From the NCBI GenBank assembly GCA_016789605.1, contig JAEUQO010000097.1, forward strand, positions 776-64,775: DNA of 64,000 bases, given 5' to 3'. The DNA is from Acidobacteriota bacterium (lineage in GTDB: Bacteria; Acidobacteriota; Blastocatellia; RBC074). The notes below the pieces were generated by a model that did not search any database, was not told where the DNA came from, and worked only from the letters and a program-made list of their open reading frames with translations. Both the position numbers and the translations under genes were made by a program. Below are positions 38,756 through 49,243 of this stretch, in pieces. Each line of letters opens with the position of its first letter. Position 1 is the first letter of the stretch.

Positions 38756-41320
38756 TTATTCGGTGCGCAGCGCAATCATCGGGTCAACACTGGCGGCGCG
38801 CATCGCGGGAATCCAAGACGCCAGCAGCGCCGCAGTGCTCAGCAATAAGGTAATGACAGTGAGCATGCGCGGATCCCACGGAGAAACGCCGAACAATTGT
38901 TCAGTCATGAGTCGCCCGGCGGCAATGGCGAGCGGAATCCCGAGCCCAAGTCCGATCCCGATTTGCAAGAAAGCCTCGCGCAGAACCAGGCGCACCACCT
39001 GGGCCCGATCAGCGCCAAGCGCCATCCGCACGCCAATCTCGTGTGTACGCTGTTCGACGGTGTAAGCCATCACGCCGTACAACCCCACCGCAACCAGCAC
39101 CAAACCGAGCACACCAAAGAGCATCGTAAGCGTGGCGATCATGTTCTGTTGCTGAAAAGCGCCGCCCAGCACGTTCGTGTACGAATCCACACTATAGATC
39201 ACCAGATTAGGTTCAACGTCACTGATCGCTTTGCGCACCTCAGCTTCGATGCCGGGCCGACTGCCAGGCGCCCAGACAACAATGTTATAGAGGAAGTGAG
39301 AATTGCGGTCGAAGGTGGTGAATTCCGGATCGTCGTATTTGACGCTCTGCGTTTCGGGCAACCAGAACATCGGGCGAACCGGTTCTCGGTAATCGTAGGT
39401 CATATAGCGCATGTCGCGCACTACGCCGACGATCTCAAACGTGTTGGCGTACTGAATGCGATTCATGCCGAAATGCTGACCAATCGGATTCTGGTCTTTG
39501 AAAAAACGGCGCACGAAGGCTTCGTTGACGACGGCGATGGGTCGCGTCGTGGCGCCGTCCTGCTCTTCGATCGTACGCCCCTGCACGATTTTTGCGCCCA
39601 GTGTTTCAAAGAATCCGGGCATGACACGGGCCCAACCTGCGCCACTGTTCTCCCTCGGTCCAGGTTCGGGGCGGCCTGCAATACGAATGCCCTCGTTCCA
39701 GCTATCGCCGCTCATGGGCGCATAGAGCGCAGGCGCAGCCATGCGCACGCCAGGAACGCCCAGCAAGCGTTCGTCAATCCGACGATAGACCTGCTCCATT
39801 TGTTCGGGTTTGTAATCGCTCAGCCTGGGGTTAATTGAGACAAGATAGCGATCCTGCGTTTCAAACCCAAAGTTCTGCTGCTCAAGATTACGCAGACTCT
39901 GCCCCAAGAGCGCAGCGGCAGAGAGCAGCACCAGCGACATCGCGGCTTGCGCGATCACGAGCGCTTTTTGTGCGATGGAACTGCCGCCACGCACGGAACG
40001 ATTGCTGCCGCGCAAGGCTTCAATCGGATCAACATGCGAAGTCATCCAGGCGGGGGCAACGCCGAAGAGAACGCCCGTGAGCAGTGAGACCACGAGCGTG
40101 AAAAGCAGCACGGGCCAGGAAGGCGACGCCTCCACTGGAATGTAGAGCGCGGGCCCGCCACCGCTCTGAAAGGCGAGATGCAGAATCAACTTGCTGCCCG
40201 CATAGGCAACGCCAATGCCCAAAATCCCGCCAATGACAGCCAGCAAAGTGGATTCAACCAGCGCTTTGCGCACCAGCCGACTGCGCGATGCGCCGAGCGC
40301 AACCCGCAGCGACGTTTGCGCGCGTTCTTTCAGGCCGCGAGCGAGCATGAGATTGGCGAGATTGCCGCAGGCGACCAACAGCACACAGCCAGCAGCAATG
40401 AGCAGCAGCTTCAAACCATCCTCGTATTGGTCACGCATGGCGGCAGTGCCAGCACCACCAGGTATGAGATTGAGGGTTTGTTGACGCCAGGTTTGCTTTT
40501 CGCCGGGCTCCATGTCGCCCTCATGGCTCGCGAGCCAGCCCTGGAGTTCGACGCGCAGCTTGGCTTCGACCGTCTGAGGATTCGCCCCGGGACGAATGCG
40601 TCCGAGGAGGTCGAGCCAGTTCGAATTGGGGCGTCTGAGACGATAGCCTTCGCCGCCGAGGAGCCGTTCGCTGTTGAGCGGAATCCAAATATCCGGCATG
40701 CCACCGCTGGCAAGCTTGGCGCCATAGAAACCGGGCGGAGCGACGCCGATCACAGTGAAAAGCTGGCCGTTGATCTGATAGCCCGCCCCCACCACTGAAG
40801 GGTCAGCGCCATATTTTTCGCTCCAGACGTGATAGCTCATGACGGCGACGGGCGACGCGTTTGGTTGATCGTCTTCATCGGTCAGCAAACGGCCAATCCA
40901 GGGATTGATGCCGAGGGTGCGGAAGAAATTGCCGGAAACGTATTGGCCATTACGCGTGTCAACCGGCCCCTGCGCGCCTGAGCGGCGAACGCCAAGCGGC
41001 GCATTTCCCGCTTGCAGCGCAGCCAGTTCAACGAACTCGGGCGTATTTTCGCGGAAATGTTTGTAAGCCTCGTAGGAGAAAAGCGAAAAATTGCCATCGT
41101 TGCCCTGCGTATACCCGCCCCAATTGCAGCAACGGACTTTGTCGCCAATGCGCCAGAGTTCTTCCGGCTTGGTAACCGGCAGAGACTTGAGCAACACCTG
41201 ATGAACCAAGGTAAAAATCGCTGTCGTGGCACCGATTCCCAAGGCCAGCGTAATTACCGCAGTAATGGTGAATCCGGGTGTTTTTCTGAGTCGCCGCAAC
41301 GCTTCCTTCAAATCCGTCAT
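38756..41320 (-). CDS. ADOP-family duplicated FtsX/MacB-type permease
   Basis: 854 aa with two MacB_PCD + FtsX halves. The N-terminal LRRLRKTPGFTITAVITLALGIGATTAIF is typical of the family. Confidence 0.88.
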   Translation of the reverse strand: MTDLKEALRRLRKTPGFTITAVITLALGIGATTAIFTLVHQVLLKSLPVTKPEELWRIGDKVRCCNWGGYTQGNDGNFSLFSYEAYKHFRENTPEFVELAALQAGNAPLGVRRSGAQGPVDTRNGQYVSGNFFRTLGINPWIGRLLTDEDDQPNASPVAVMSYHVWSEKYGADPSVVGAGYQINGQLFTVIGVAPPGFYGAKLASGGMPDIWIPLNSERLLGGEGYRLRRPNSNWLDLLGRIRPGANPQTVEAKLRVELQGWLASHEGDMEPGEKQTWRQQTLNLIPGGAGTAAMRDQYEDGLKLLLIAAGCVLLVACGNLANLMLARGLKERAQTSLRVALGASRSRLVRKALVESTLLAVIGGILGIGVAYAGSKLILHLAFQSGGGPALYIPVEASPSWPVLLFTLVVSLLTGVLFGVAPAWMTSHVDPIEALRGSNRSVRGGSSIAQKALVIAQAAMSLVLLSAAALLGQSLRNLEQQNFGFETQDRYLVSINPRLSDYKPEQMEQVYRRIDERLLGVPGVRMAAPALYAPMSGDSWNEGIRIAGRPEPGPRENSGAGWARVMPGFFETLGAKIVQGRTIEEQDGATTRPIAVVNEAFVRRFFKDQNPIGQHFGMNRIQYANTFEIVGVVRDMRYMTYDYREPVRPMFWLPETQSVKYDDPEFTTFDRNSHFLYNIVVWAPGSRPGIEAEVRKAISDVEPNLVIYSVDSYTNVLGGAFQQQNMIATLTMLFGVLGLVLVAVGLYGVMAYTVEQRTHEIGVRMALGADRAQVVRLVLREAFLQIGIGLGLGIPLAIAAGRLMTEQLFGVSPWDPRMLTVITLLLSTAALLASWIPAMRAASVDPMIALRTE

Positions 41321-41959
41321 GTCATGTCCTCTTGATTATGGTTGGTGCCGCCCATCTGGTGTTGTTCGCGGCATCTCGCCACGGCCCTACGAGCAGAGTC
41401 GGCTTGTAAACAAGCCGGTCTCCACGGTTGCAGGTTTCAGAACAAGCTATGCGCAGGCGGGTCTATCAACGCCCAAAGTCGCGCTGATACCCGCGTCACA
41501 CTCGCCTTAGATCATGATGGTCGTCATCTCCAGATAACCTGCCAGATAACTTGATGGAGGGTGAGTGACGTTTCAGATCAAAAGGTTTCAGATTTATGCC
41601 TGAGGTCGGCCGTCAATCGCCTGTACGGATTGGCCACAGCTGATTATTTTCAAAATGAACCGGCGAGGATTGCACGCAAGAGGTCTTTCAACATCAGGCA
41701 GGAGTAAAGTTGTGTGTCTTCCGGGTTGGCTTCGAGGATGCACAGATTCATAAAGGTCTGCCGAGGGATGATGGTTGGTCCGAAATCCGTGCGGTAGTCC
41801 TGAGGTCAGGATACGTCTCGTTGCTAATCATCAGACGCGAAATTCCCTCTTGGTAAAATCTATGTTGATGTTCAGCGTACTGACGCAGTGTAACGTCAAA
41901 ATGTCTTTGTACCGTTCGTGTGTTCTACGTTATGGGCTGTCCGAGAATCACGCCCGGTG

Positions 41960-43171
41960 TCAATCCAATTGCTCGGCCTTGATACCGTCATCACCCAACA
42001 CATCCAGCAATTGTTTGACGTGCTCGTGACCGCGCGCTTCGAGTGTTAGATCAATTTCAACGCCACCGACTTCCAGATTGGCAAAGGCGCGGTTGTGCGC
42101 AACGTCCAGAATGTTGGCCCCGACGGCGGCCACGTGTTGGCAAATGCGCGCCAATTCGCCGGGCCGGTCACGCATCAACGAACGCACACGCACCAAACGA
42201 CCATCTTTGGCCAAACCGCGTTCGATGATTTTCGAAAGCAGGTTCGGATCAATGTTACCACCGCTGATAACCAGCGCTACGTTTTTACCCGCCAAGCCAG
42301 TCACCTTGTGAAACAATACGGCAGCCAATCCGGCGGCCCCACCGCCTTCAACCACGGTCTTTTCGATTTCCAGCAATTTCAGAATGGCGCTGGCAATTTC
42401 GTCTTCGCTGACGGTGACGATATCGTCCACATATTCGCGTACTAAAGCCGAGGTGCGCTCGCCCGCACGCTTGACCGCCAACCCATCTGCGATGGTCGGT
42501 TGCGAAGCCACTTCGACCGTGTGGCCAGCGCTGACCGCCGCTTTCATCGAAGCAAAATATTCCGGTTCGACGCCGATCACGCGCAAATTCGGTTGCTGTT
42601 CTTTCATCGCAATCGCGATGCCGCTGATCATGCCGCCACCGCCCACAGGCACAATGACGGCATCAAATTTCGTCTCTTCTTCTAACAGTTCCAACCCGAT
42701 GGTCCCTTGTCCGGCAATGATGGCTTCATCGTCAAAGGCATGCACAAAGGTGAACCCGTGTTCGACGGCCAACTGTTTGGCCTGTGCCAATGCTTCGTCA
42801 TAGCTCGCGCCGTGCAAGATGACCTCACCGCCCAGGTCGCGCGTATTTGCGACTTTGATCAGCGGCGTGGCTTTGGGCATGACAATCACTGAACGCATGC
42901 CCAAACGTGTAGCGTGATACGCGACGCCTTGGGCATGGTTGCCTGCGCTGGCGGCGATAACGCCCGCCTGGCATTCTGCGGGAGACAACTGCAACAGCTT
43001 ATTGAGCGCGCCGCGCTCTTTGAAGCTGCCCGTCATCTGCAGGTTTTCGAGTTTGAAAAACGTCTGGCAACCACACAACCGGCTCAACGTCAGCGAAACC
43101 GGGCAAGGCGTGTGATAGATGGCGCGTCCCAACCGCGTGCGCGCGGATTGAATGTCAGCAAGTGTAACCAT
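41960..43171 (-). CDS. ilvA: Threonine ammonia-lyase (threonine dehydratase), short form with one ACT-like domain
   Basis: PLP-lysine motif TGSFKERGA and GGGGMISG. 403 aa. Confidence 0.9.
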   Translation of the reverse strand: MVTLADIQSARTRLGRAIYHTPCPVSLTLSRLCGCQTFFKLENLQMTGSFKERGALNKLLQLSPAECQAGVIAASAGNHAQGVAYHATRLGMRSVIVMPKATPLIKVANTRDLGGEVILHGASYDEALAQAKQLAVEHGFTFVHAFDDEAIIAGQGTIGLELLEEETKFDAVIVPVGGGGMISGIAIAMKEQQPNLRVIGVEPEYFASMKAAVSAGHTVEVASQPTIADGLAVKRAGERTSALVREYVDDIVTVSEDEIASAILKLLEIEKTVVEGGGAAGLAAVLFHKVTGLAGKNVALVISGGNIDPNLLSKIIERGLAKDGRLVRVRSLMRDRPGELARICQHVAAVGANILDVAHNRAFANLEVGGVEIDLTLEARGHEHVKQLLDVLGDDGIKAEQLD

Positions 43172-43180
43172 AATGCTTTG

Positions 43181-44092
43181 CTATTTTGCTAATCCGTGCT
43201 TTTTCAAAAATGCGCGGATCGTTGCGTAGGCTTTCAAATATTCGTCTTTGGTAAAGCCGCCGTGCTTGCCTCCGGGAATGGTCAGCAATTGATTGGTGAC
43301 ACCCGCTTTGTTGAGCGCATCGTGTAAACGAGTCGCGTGACTGTAAGGCACAGTCGGATCGGCATCACCATGAATCGTCAGAATCGGCGGCAGGTCTTTG
43401 CGCACGTATTGCAACGGCGAAACGCGTTTGGCAACTTCTGCGCGATTGGGCAAGCTGCCCAACCACTGCACGGCATAGCTTTTCACATTCGGACTATCGT
43501 CCAGCAAATCGTTGACGTCCGTAATGCCATACCAGTTGACGATGGCGGCGACTTTCAGCTCTTCCGTGCCGTAACATTGCCGTTCCAATCCCGCAGCCGC
43601 CGGCAGCATTCCCGTCGTCAGCGCCAAATGTCCGCCCGCAGAGTGTCCCGTCACAACCAATTTGTTCACGTCGAAATTGTATTCCTTGGCGTTACGCATC
43701 ACCCAGCGCAAGGCACAGCGACAATCTTCGACAGCGGCTGGTGCCAAGGAAACTTTTGCCAAACGGTATTCCACATTGACCACGGCCCAGCCCATTTCCA
43801 AATACGGCAGGATGTTTAATACGGCGGACTCTTTAGTACCGCCAACCCACCCGCCACCATGAATAAACACCACTGTAGGCGTCGCTGTTCCCGGATTTGG
43901 CGGTTGGTAAACGTCCAGTTTGGCTTCGTAATTGTTTGCAACCAGATAAGTGATGTTTGGCACCACGCGATAGCGCAACGTCGCCGCCCAGGCCGCAGTG
44001 TCAGACAGCGGCTCCTGCGCCAGTGCCGTCAACGTCAGCAACACCATCAATCCAAGGATTCCCCCTGCGCTGAAACTTTGTTTTCTCTGCAT
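43181..44092 (-). CDS. Secreted alpha/beta-hydrolase esterase/lipase (HSL-like)
   Basis: Start trimmed to MQRKQSF before the signal peptide. Oxyanion FIHGGGW and nucleophile elbow GHSAGGH. Confidence 0.8.
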   Translation of the reverse strand: MQRKQSFSAGGILGLMVLLTLTALAQEPLSDTAAWAATLRYRVVPNITYLVANNYEAKLDVYQPPNPGTATPTVVFIHGGGWVGGTKESAVLNILPYLEMGWAVVNVEYRLAKVSLAPAAVEDCRCALRWVMRNAKEYNFDVNKLVVTGHSAGGHLALTTGMLPAAAGLERQCYGTEELKVAAIVNWYGITDVNDLLDDSPNVKSYAVQWLGSLPNRAEVAKRVSPLQYVRKDLPPILTIHGDADPTVPYSHATRLHDALNKAGVTNQLLTIPGGKHGGFTKDEYLKAYATIRAFLKKHGLAK

Positions 44093-44189
44093 GTCCACTC
44101 TCCGCAACATAACTTCGCGAACGCCATAAACAAATGGCCGGTGATTTCTTGCGAGAACCACCGGCCACGTTACAAGTCTTGTTGACTCG

Positions 44190-44909
44190 TTATTTCTTTT
44201 TGGCTGACCAAGTGCCGGAAAATCCGCCAGCCTCCCATTTGCCGCCCATTTCATTGCCAGTGCGTTTGCCCGGCAAGGGGAAAGGATTTCCCTGGAACGA
44301 AGCCATCAGGGTAACGCCGTCGCCTTCTTTCAATTCGATCGCGGTGATGCTCAGTTCGCCGCCGTTTTCGACTGAGGTGACCAATTTGTCGCCGTCCCGT
44401 TTGATGACCAAAACCATCGGAAATTCGCCCTGACCATCTGCGGTGATTTTCATGTCGTAGGTGCCTTCAATGGCAGCGCTGCTGCTCGCAGCAGGAGCCG
44501 CCGGTTTGGCCGCTGCTGTCGTCGCGGCTGCGCCCGCTTTGGCCGCTTTCCAGGTACCTTTCATATCGCCTGCCGTCCAGTCACCAGCGATATTGCCATT
44601 GTCGTATTTGCCAGCAATCACGACCGTCGTCCCACCTGCATCCGCGTTGATGGTGACTTTGTTTGCGTCATCCACCGTCACAGAAGTCACCGTCAACGGC
44701 ATCGGCGAATCCTTGATTTCGCCGGTCCATTTGCCGCCTTCTTTTTTGAGGGTCACTTGAAACGTTAGTGTGCCCAATTCGCTGCTGCTTGCCGTCAGGT
44801 TATAAGAACCTTCGACAGGGTGTGCTTGCGCAAATCCGACCACAGAAAAAATCGTCAGCCAGGCGGCGACAAGCGCGATGCCAGCCAGTTTCATCACACG
44901 TTTGCTCAT
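44190..44909 (-). CDS. Secreted protein with two tandem ~95-aa beta-rich modules (uncharacterised)
   Basis: AAGGAGAA RBS and signal peptide ending FAQA. Internal repeat: EGSYNL...GDWTAGDMKGTWKAAK versus EGTYDM...GKWEAGGFSGTWSAKK. Confidence 0.6.
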   Translation of the reverse strand: MSKRVMKLAGIALVAAWLTIFSVVGFAQAHPVEGSYNLTASSSELGTLTFQVTLKKEGGKWTGEIKDSPMPLTVTSVTVDDANKVTINADAGGTTVVIAGKYDNGNIAGDWTAGDMKGTWKAAKAGAAATTAAAKPAAPAASSSAAIEGTYDMKITADGQGEFPMVLVIKRDGDKLVTSVENGGELSITAIELKEGDGVTLMASFQGNPFPLPGKRTGNEMGGKWEAGGFSGTWSAKKK

Positions 44910-45295
44910 GATGTGTTCTCCTTGCTTGGTTGAAATCTAAGGGATGCCTGCCGCTATCTGCCAGAGCGCAAGCTGTAAGGGTAGACCGCTCCACCGGCTG
45001 CGGAGTCTACTTCTCGACAAAACAGAAAACAAGAGGGTCACAGAGACTCAATTGAGATCAACTGTCTTCTCCTCACAGATATTGAAAGGCGATGGACGAC
45101 AAATTGCCGAAGAAAAACACCTACAAACACCTCCTGCCAACCCTCACTTCAAGCAAAGATTTTTTGATAAGCACAAATCAAAAACCCTGACTTGACACTT
45201 TCAACTGTTGCAAATGAAGGACTTTCCGACTTATCTCAAGTTGAATCTTCTCGTAATTTTTCACCAAAAATTTTTCTCTTTTATACGATTTTCGG

Positions 45296-45324
45296 TTCAC
45301 TTTTTTACCTTAGCTCCGTATAAT
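45296..45324 (+). promoter_or_regulatory. Candidate sigma70-type promoter for the hemolysin-III-family gene
   Basis: TTCACT, a 17-nt spacer, then TATAAT, in an AT-rich divergent intergenic region. Confidence 0.3.
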
Positions 45325-45418
45325 CCGCCCGCCCCAAACAAAACCCTCACAAATAACGATCCGAACCCTCACAAAGCGAGTAACGCCCTCACGTGAACCA
45401 TTAACAAGGAGATGGTGC

Positions 45419-46126
45419 ATGTTTCTTGAGCGACGTTTAGATATTGAGGAAATTGCGAACAGCATCACGCACGGTTTTGGGGCGATGCTGAGCGTAATTG
45501 GATTTGTCGTGCTGATGTCATTGGCCTGGACCCGTGGCGACGGGTGGCACCTGTTAGGATGTGGCATTTTCGGCGCGGCGCTTGTCATGCTTTACACGGC
45601 GTCAACCCTCTATCACGGGTTTCGCCATCCCCAATTAAAACAGATATTCCGCTTGGTGGACCAAATCGCGATCTACTTGCTGATCGCAGGCACCTATACG
45701 CCTTTTATGCTGGTCAACATGCGGTGTATGTGGGGTTGGGCGTTGCTGATGATGGTTTGGACGCTGGCGCTCTTCGGTATTGGCTTTAAGCTAATCTTCG
45801 GCCAGCAATACCAACGTGTTTCCCTTCTGTTGTACCTGCTGACTTCCTGGATTTCCCTGATCGCGGTCAAACCCATTTTCGCCATGATTCCTCAAGGCGC
45901 ATTGCTTTGGATCGGGTTGGGCGGTGTGGCCTATATGATCGGACTGGTCTTTTTCCTTTGGGAAAAACTGCCGTTTAGCCATCCGATCTGGCACGTTTGT
46001 GTGCTGGCGGGAAGCTTCTGTCACTTTTGCGCGGTGATGTTTTACGTGTTGCCGTCATTTCCGGCACCGGATTCAGCACTCGCGCAAGTCAATCACACGC
46101 TGTTGCAGTTCATACAATTTCGTTAA
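45419..46126 (+). CDS. Hemolysin III / PAQR-family 7TM protein
   Basis: EEIANSITHGFG N-terminus, seven hydrophobic helices, HxxxH-type FSHPIWHV motif, and an AAGGAGA RBS. Confidence 0.88.
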   Translation: MFLERRLDIEEIANSITHGFGAMLSVIGFVVLMSLAWTRGDGWHLLGCGIFGAALVMLYTASTLYHGFRHPQLKQIFRLVDQIAIYLLIAGTYTPFMLVNMRCMWGWALLMMVWTLALFGIGFKLIFGQQYQRVSLLLYLLTSWISLIAVKPIFAMIPQGALLWIGLGGVAYMIGLVFFLWEKLPFSHPIWHVCVLAGSFCHFCAVMFYVLPSFPAPDSALAQVNHTLLQFIQFR

Positions 46127-48634
46127 GGCTTCTACCGGACTGATTTGGTTAATATCCAGCTGCTTGAGTGCTTCCAGCAACATCAGCCAAACCGGGTCAG
46201 CAATCATCTGGTCGCGCGAATCAGGTGTACCGTTTTGTGCCTTGTGGTCGTATTCGTGCAACAGCTCTTGCGCGCGATGGATAACGGGTTTCGGCAAACC
46301 AGCCAATTGCGCGACGTAAATGCCGAAGCTTTTTTCTGCTCGCCCGGGTTCCACTCTATGCAAATATTCAACTTTGCTGCCGTGTTCGCGTACGGCCAGA
46401 TGAAAGTTGCGCACACGCGGCAAATAGTCAGCGGCGTCAGTCAATTCGTGATAGTGCGTCGCGAAAAGGGTTTTGGCTGCGACGCGAGGCTGGTTGTGCA
46501 AAAACTCAATGACTGAACGCGCAATAGACAGCCCGTCAGCCGTCGAAGTCCCCCGTCCGATTTCATCCAGCAAAATCAAACTGCGCGGTGTTGCGTGTTG
46601 CAGAATGTGCGCGGTTTCGATCATCTCAACCATAAAGCTGGAATGTCCGCGCAGCGTGTAATCGTGTAGTCCGACACGGGTGAAAATGCGATCCACGATG
46701 CTCAACCGGGCCGCTTCAGCCGGAACAAAACTGCCAATCTGAGCCAGCAGACAAAGCAATGCGACTTGCCGCAAGTAAACCGATTTCCCAGCCATATTGG
46801 GCGCAGTCAAAAGCATAATCTGGGTCTCGCGATTGGAGAGGTGCGTGTCGTTGGCGACAAATTGCCGACGTTCAGACAATCGCTGTTCGATCATCGGATG
46901 CCGACCGTTAATAATGACCAGTTCGCCCTCTGCGCCAACAGGGCAAAACTCCGGTTTGACATATTCATACCGCGCCGCAGCCTCTGCTAGCGATGCGCAC
47001 AGATCAAGCTGTGCAATGCCTGCGGCAATTTGGCTGATGCGGTCGGCGTGCCGCCCAATTTCTTCACACACCTGCCGATAAAGCCTGGTTTCCAGTTCAA
47101 GGATGCGCTCGCTGGCGTTGGCGATCAGCGTTTCATGTTCTTTCAGTTCAAGCGTGAAAAACCGTTCGGCATTGGTCAGCGTCTGTTTGCGAATGTAATC
47201 GGCGGGCGCCAGTTTCAAATTTGGATTGGTGATTTCCAGGTAGTACCCAAAGACCTTGTTATAACCGACCTTGAGCGATTTGATGCCCGTGCGCGCACGT
47301 TCGCGCGCTTCAAACCTGGCCAAAAAATCTTTTCCGCCTGTCAGCAATGAACGCAGTTCGTCCAATTCCGGCGAAAACCCAGCGCGAATGATATTGCCGC
47401 GTTCAAAATCTGATGACGGACGCTCATTCACCGCGCGCGTCACGTAAGACACCACATCATCGCAATCCTGCAAATCCCTGCTGAAAATACTGGGCGCTTT
47501 GTGTTTTTCCAGCAATGAACGGAGCGCAGGTACTGCGCGCAAACTGCGCGCGAGCACGACAACTTCCATTGGAACGGCGAGTTTGCGCCGAATCCGCCCC
47601 AGCAAACGTTCGATGTCGAGCACTTCTTGTAGCGCAACACGCACTTTCTCACGCAAGGCAGCGTGCTGAAAAAACCAGTCAACCGCTTCCTGGCGCGTGC
47701 GCAATTCAACGACATCCAGCAATGGATGGCGCAACCAACGCCGCAACTGTCGCCCTCCCATTGGCGTGATTGTCAGGTCAATGGTAGCAACCAACGAGCC
47801 TGTTGGTTGCCCGCCGGTGAAATCCCAGCCTTGAAAGACTTCCAGATTGCGTACAGTTTGCGGATCAAGCCGCATGAAATTATCGGTGGTGAAATTTTGC
47901 AGCCGCGTCAAATTGGCGAGCGCATCAGGCTGGGTGTCGCGCAAATACGAAATGATCGCGCCTGCCGCTGCTGCGGCGTAGGGTTTGTCTTCGCAACCGT
48001 ATGCGGCCAACGTAACAACGTCGAAATGCGCCAGCAAAGCTTGCCGCGTCAGTTTGATATCAGCCTGGTCGTCCCGCAATCGCGTGAGGGCGCGAATTTC
48101 AAGGTCAGGGGCTGGTTGCGTACGTGGCAGTAACAATTCAGCAGGCGCTAAACGTTCCAATTCAGCCAAGGCTTGTTCCGGCTCCAGCTCTGTCGCCGCA
48201 AACTCTCCGGTTGAGACATCCGCAAATGCCAAACCGGCGACGCGCTCTCCCACAATGAAACTGGCCAAATAGTTGTTTGCGCGGCCTTCGAGCAAACCGG
48301 GTTCAATGATGGTGCCCGGTGTGATGATGCGTGTGACTTCGCGTTCGACCAAACCTTTGCCTGGTGGCGTGGTCTGTTCGCAAATAGCGACTTTATGGCC
48401 GCGATTGATCAGCTTGGCCAAATGCCCTTCGAGCGAACGAACAGGCACACCCGCTAAAGGCGACACTTGCCCTTTGCCAAACCATTTTCGCGTCAGGGCG
48501 ACGCCTAATTCGCGCGCGACGACCTGCGCATCTTCATCAAAGGCCTCATAAAAATCTCCGATTTGGAAAAGCAAAAGCAGGCCCGGATAACGGTGTTTGA
48601 TTTCCAGATATTGACGGCGCAACGGGGTGGTCAT
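46073..48634 (-). CDS. mutS: DNA mismatch repair protein MutS
   Basis: Start trimmed to MTTPLRRQYLEIK. Walker A TAPNMAGKS, plus LLDEIGRGTST and FATHYHEL. Confidence 0.93.
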   Translation of the reverse strand: MTTPLRRQYLEIKHRYPGLLLLFQIGDFYEAFDEDAQVVARELGVALTRKWFGKGQVSPLAGVPVRSLEGHLAKLINRGHKVAICEQTTPPGKGLVEREVTRIITPGTIIEPGLLEGRANNYLASFIVGERVAGLAFADVSTGEFAATELEPEQALAELERLAPAELLLPRTQPAPDLEIRALTRLRDDQADIKLTRQALLAHFDVVTLAAYGCEDKPYAAAAAGAIISYLRDTQPDALANLTRLQNFTTDNFMRLDPQTVRNLEVFQGWDFTGGQPTGSLVATIDLTITPMGGRQLRRWLRHPLLDVVELRTRQEAVDWFFQHAALREKVRVALQEVLDIERLLGRIRRKLAVPMEVVVLARSLRAVPALRSLLEKHKAPSIFSRDLQDCDDVVSYVTRAVNERPSSDFERGNIIRAGFSPELDELRSLLTGGKDFLARFEARERARTGIKSLKVGYNKVFGYYLEITNPNLKLAPADYIRKQTLTNAERFFTLELKEHETLIANASERILELETRLYRQVCEEIGRHADRISQIAAGIAQLDLCASLAEAAARYEYVKPEFCPVGAEGELVIINGRHPMIEQRLSERRQFVANDTHLSNRETQIMLLTAPNMAGKSVYLRQVALLCLLAQIGSFVPAEAARLSIVDRIFTRVGLHDYTLRGHSSFMVEMIETAHILQHATPRSLILLDEIGRGTSTADGLSIARSVIEFLHNQPRVAAKTLFATHYHELTDAADYLPRVRNFHLAVREHGSKVEYLHRVEPGRAEKSFGIYVAQLAGLPKPVIHRAQELLHEYDHKAQNGTPDSRDQMIADPVWLMLLEALKQLDINQISPVEALTKLYELQQRVIDLREC

Positions 48635-48835
48635 GCCCTTGATTCTATTCGCTTCGCCAACGTTCACCAAATTGCGGCGACACAGAAAACCACACACAAG
48701 CAAAACGATTGTGACGCGACGAGCGCTTTCAGATCGAGACCAAGGGACACGCTGCGACAGTGCGCCGCTTGACAGCCCTTAGGGCATCGGGCAGAATCGC
48801 GCCTCGTTTTTACAACACGTTCTTTTTGTGTAATT

Positions 48836-49015
48836 CGAGTAGAGGCGCGGCTTTCATCAGTACCTCATCCGAGAGAGCGATAACTCCGGGACGATGGGCG
48901 AAAGGGGTAAGCCGCCGAAGCTTGGCACGATGTTTCGCGTTCGTGCCGGTTGGCTGTCAGGGCTAAATCCCTGAGGCTGCCATCACTCACGTGGTGGAGT
49001 GCTCTCGGTAACCAT
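48836..49015 (+). promoter_or_regulatory. Lysine riboswitch (L-box) aptamer
   Basis: The conserved L-box blocks occur in the correct order: AGAGGCGCG, CAGTA, GAGAG, GCGAAAGGGG, GCCGAAG, GGCTGTCA, GGCTGCCATCA. It lies upstream of lysC. Confidence 0.85.
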
Positions 49016-49065
49016 CGTCATAATTTTTCACGCCCGCCCATAGGTTGGGTGTGCAAACAAGACCA

Positions 49066-49100
49066 GGGTTAGCAGGCATTCCGCCGCTAACCCTTTTTTG
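49066..49100 (+). terminator. Riboswitch expression-platform terminator
   Basis: GGGTTAGC-loop-GCTAACCC followed by TTTTTTGTTTT, between the aptamer and the lysC start. Confidence 0.75.
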
Positions 49101-49243
49101 TTTTCCCGAAGGCAACCGCATCGGCGCGCAGTACTGACATCGAGCAGTTCAGCAATGCAACCAGGCAACGCAACCAGGTGTGTCGGAGTTCAGTGCTTTC
49201 GGGAAATTTGACACAAAACTTTCGGAGGAAGCGAAACACTCAA

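Noticed and set aside
38897-39838. 313-aa plus-strand ORF, and 40178-40798 (206 aa), antisense to the ADOP permease.
   Set aside because: These are shadow ORFs. The minus-strand frame shows the duplicated MacB_PCD/FtsX architecture.
41775-42029. 84-aa plus-strand ORF bridging the spacer and the 3' end of ilvA.
   Set aside because: It overlaps the well-supported ilvA stop region on the opposite strand, and it has no RBS or motifs.
46073-46126. 54-nt convergent overlap between the 3' ends of the hemolysin-III-family gene and mutS.
   Set aside because: The overlap covers only the non-conserved tail after TM7 of the PAQR protein, which reads through to the first stop. There is no evidence of functional significance. 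It does, however, leave no room for terminators, and I found none.
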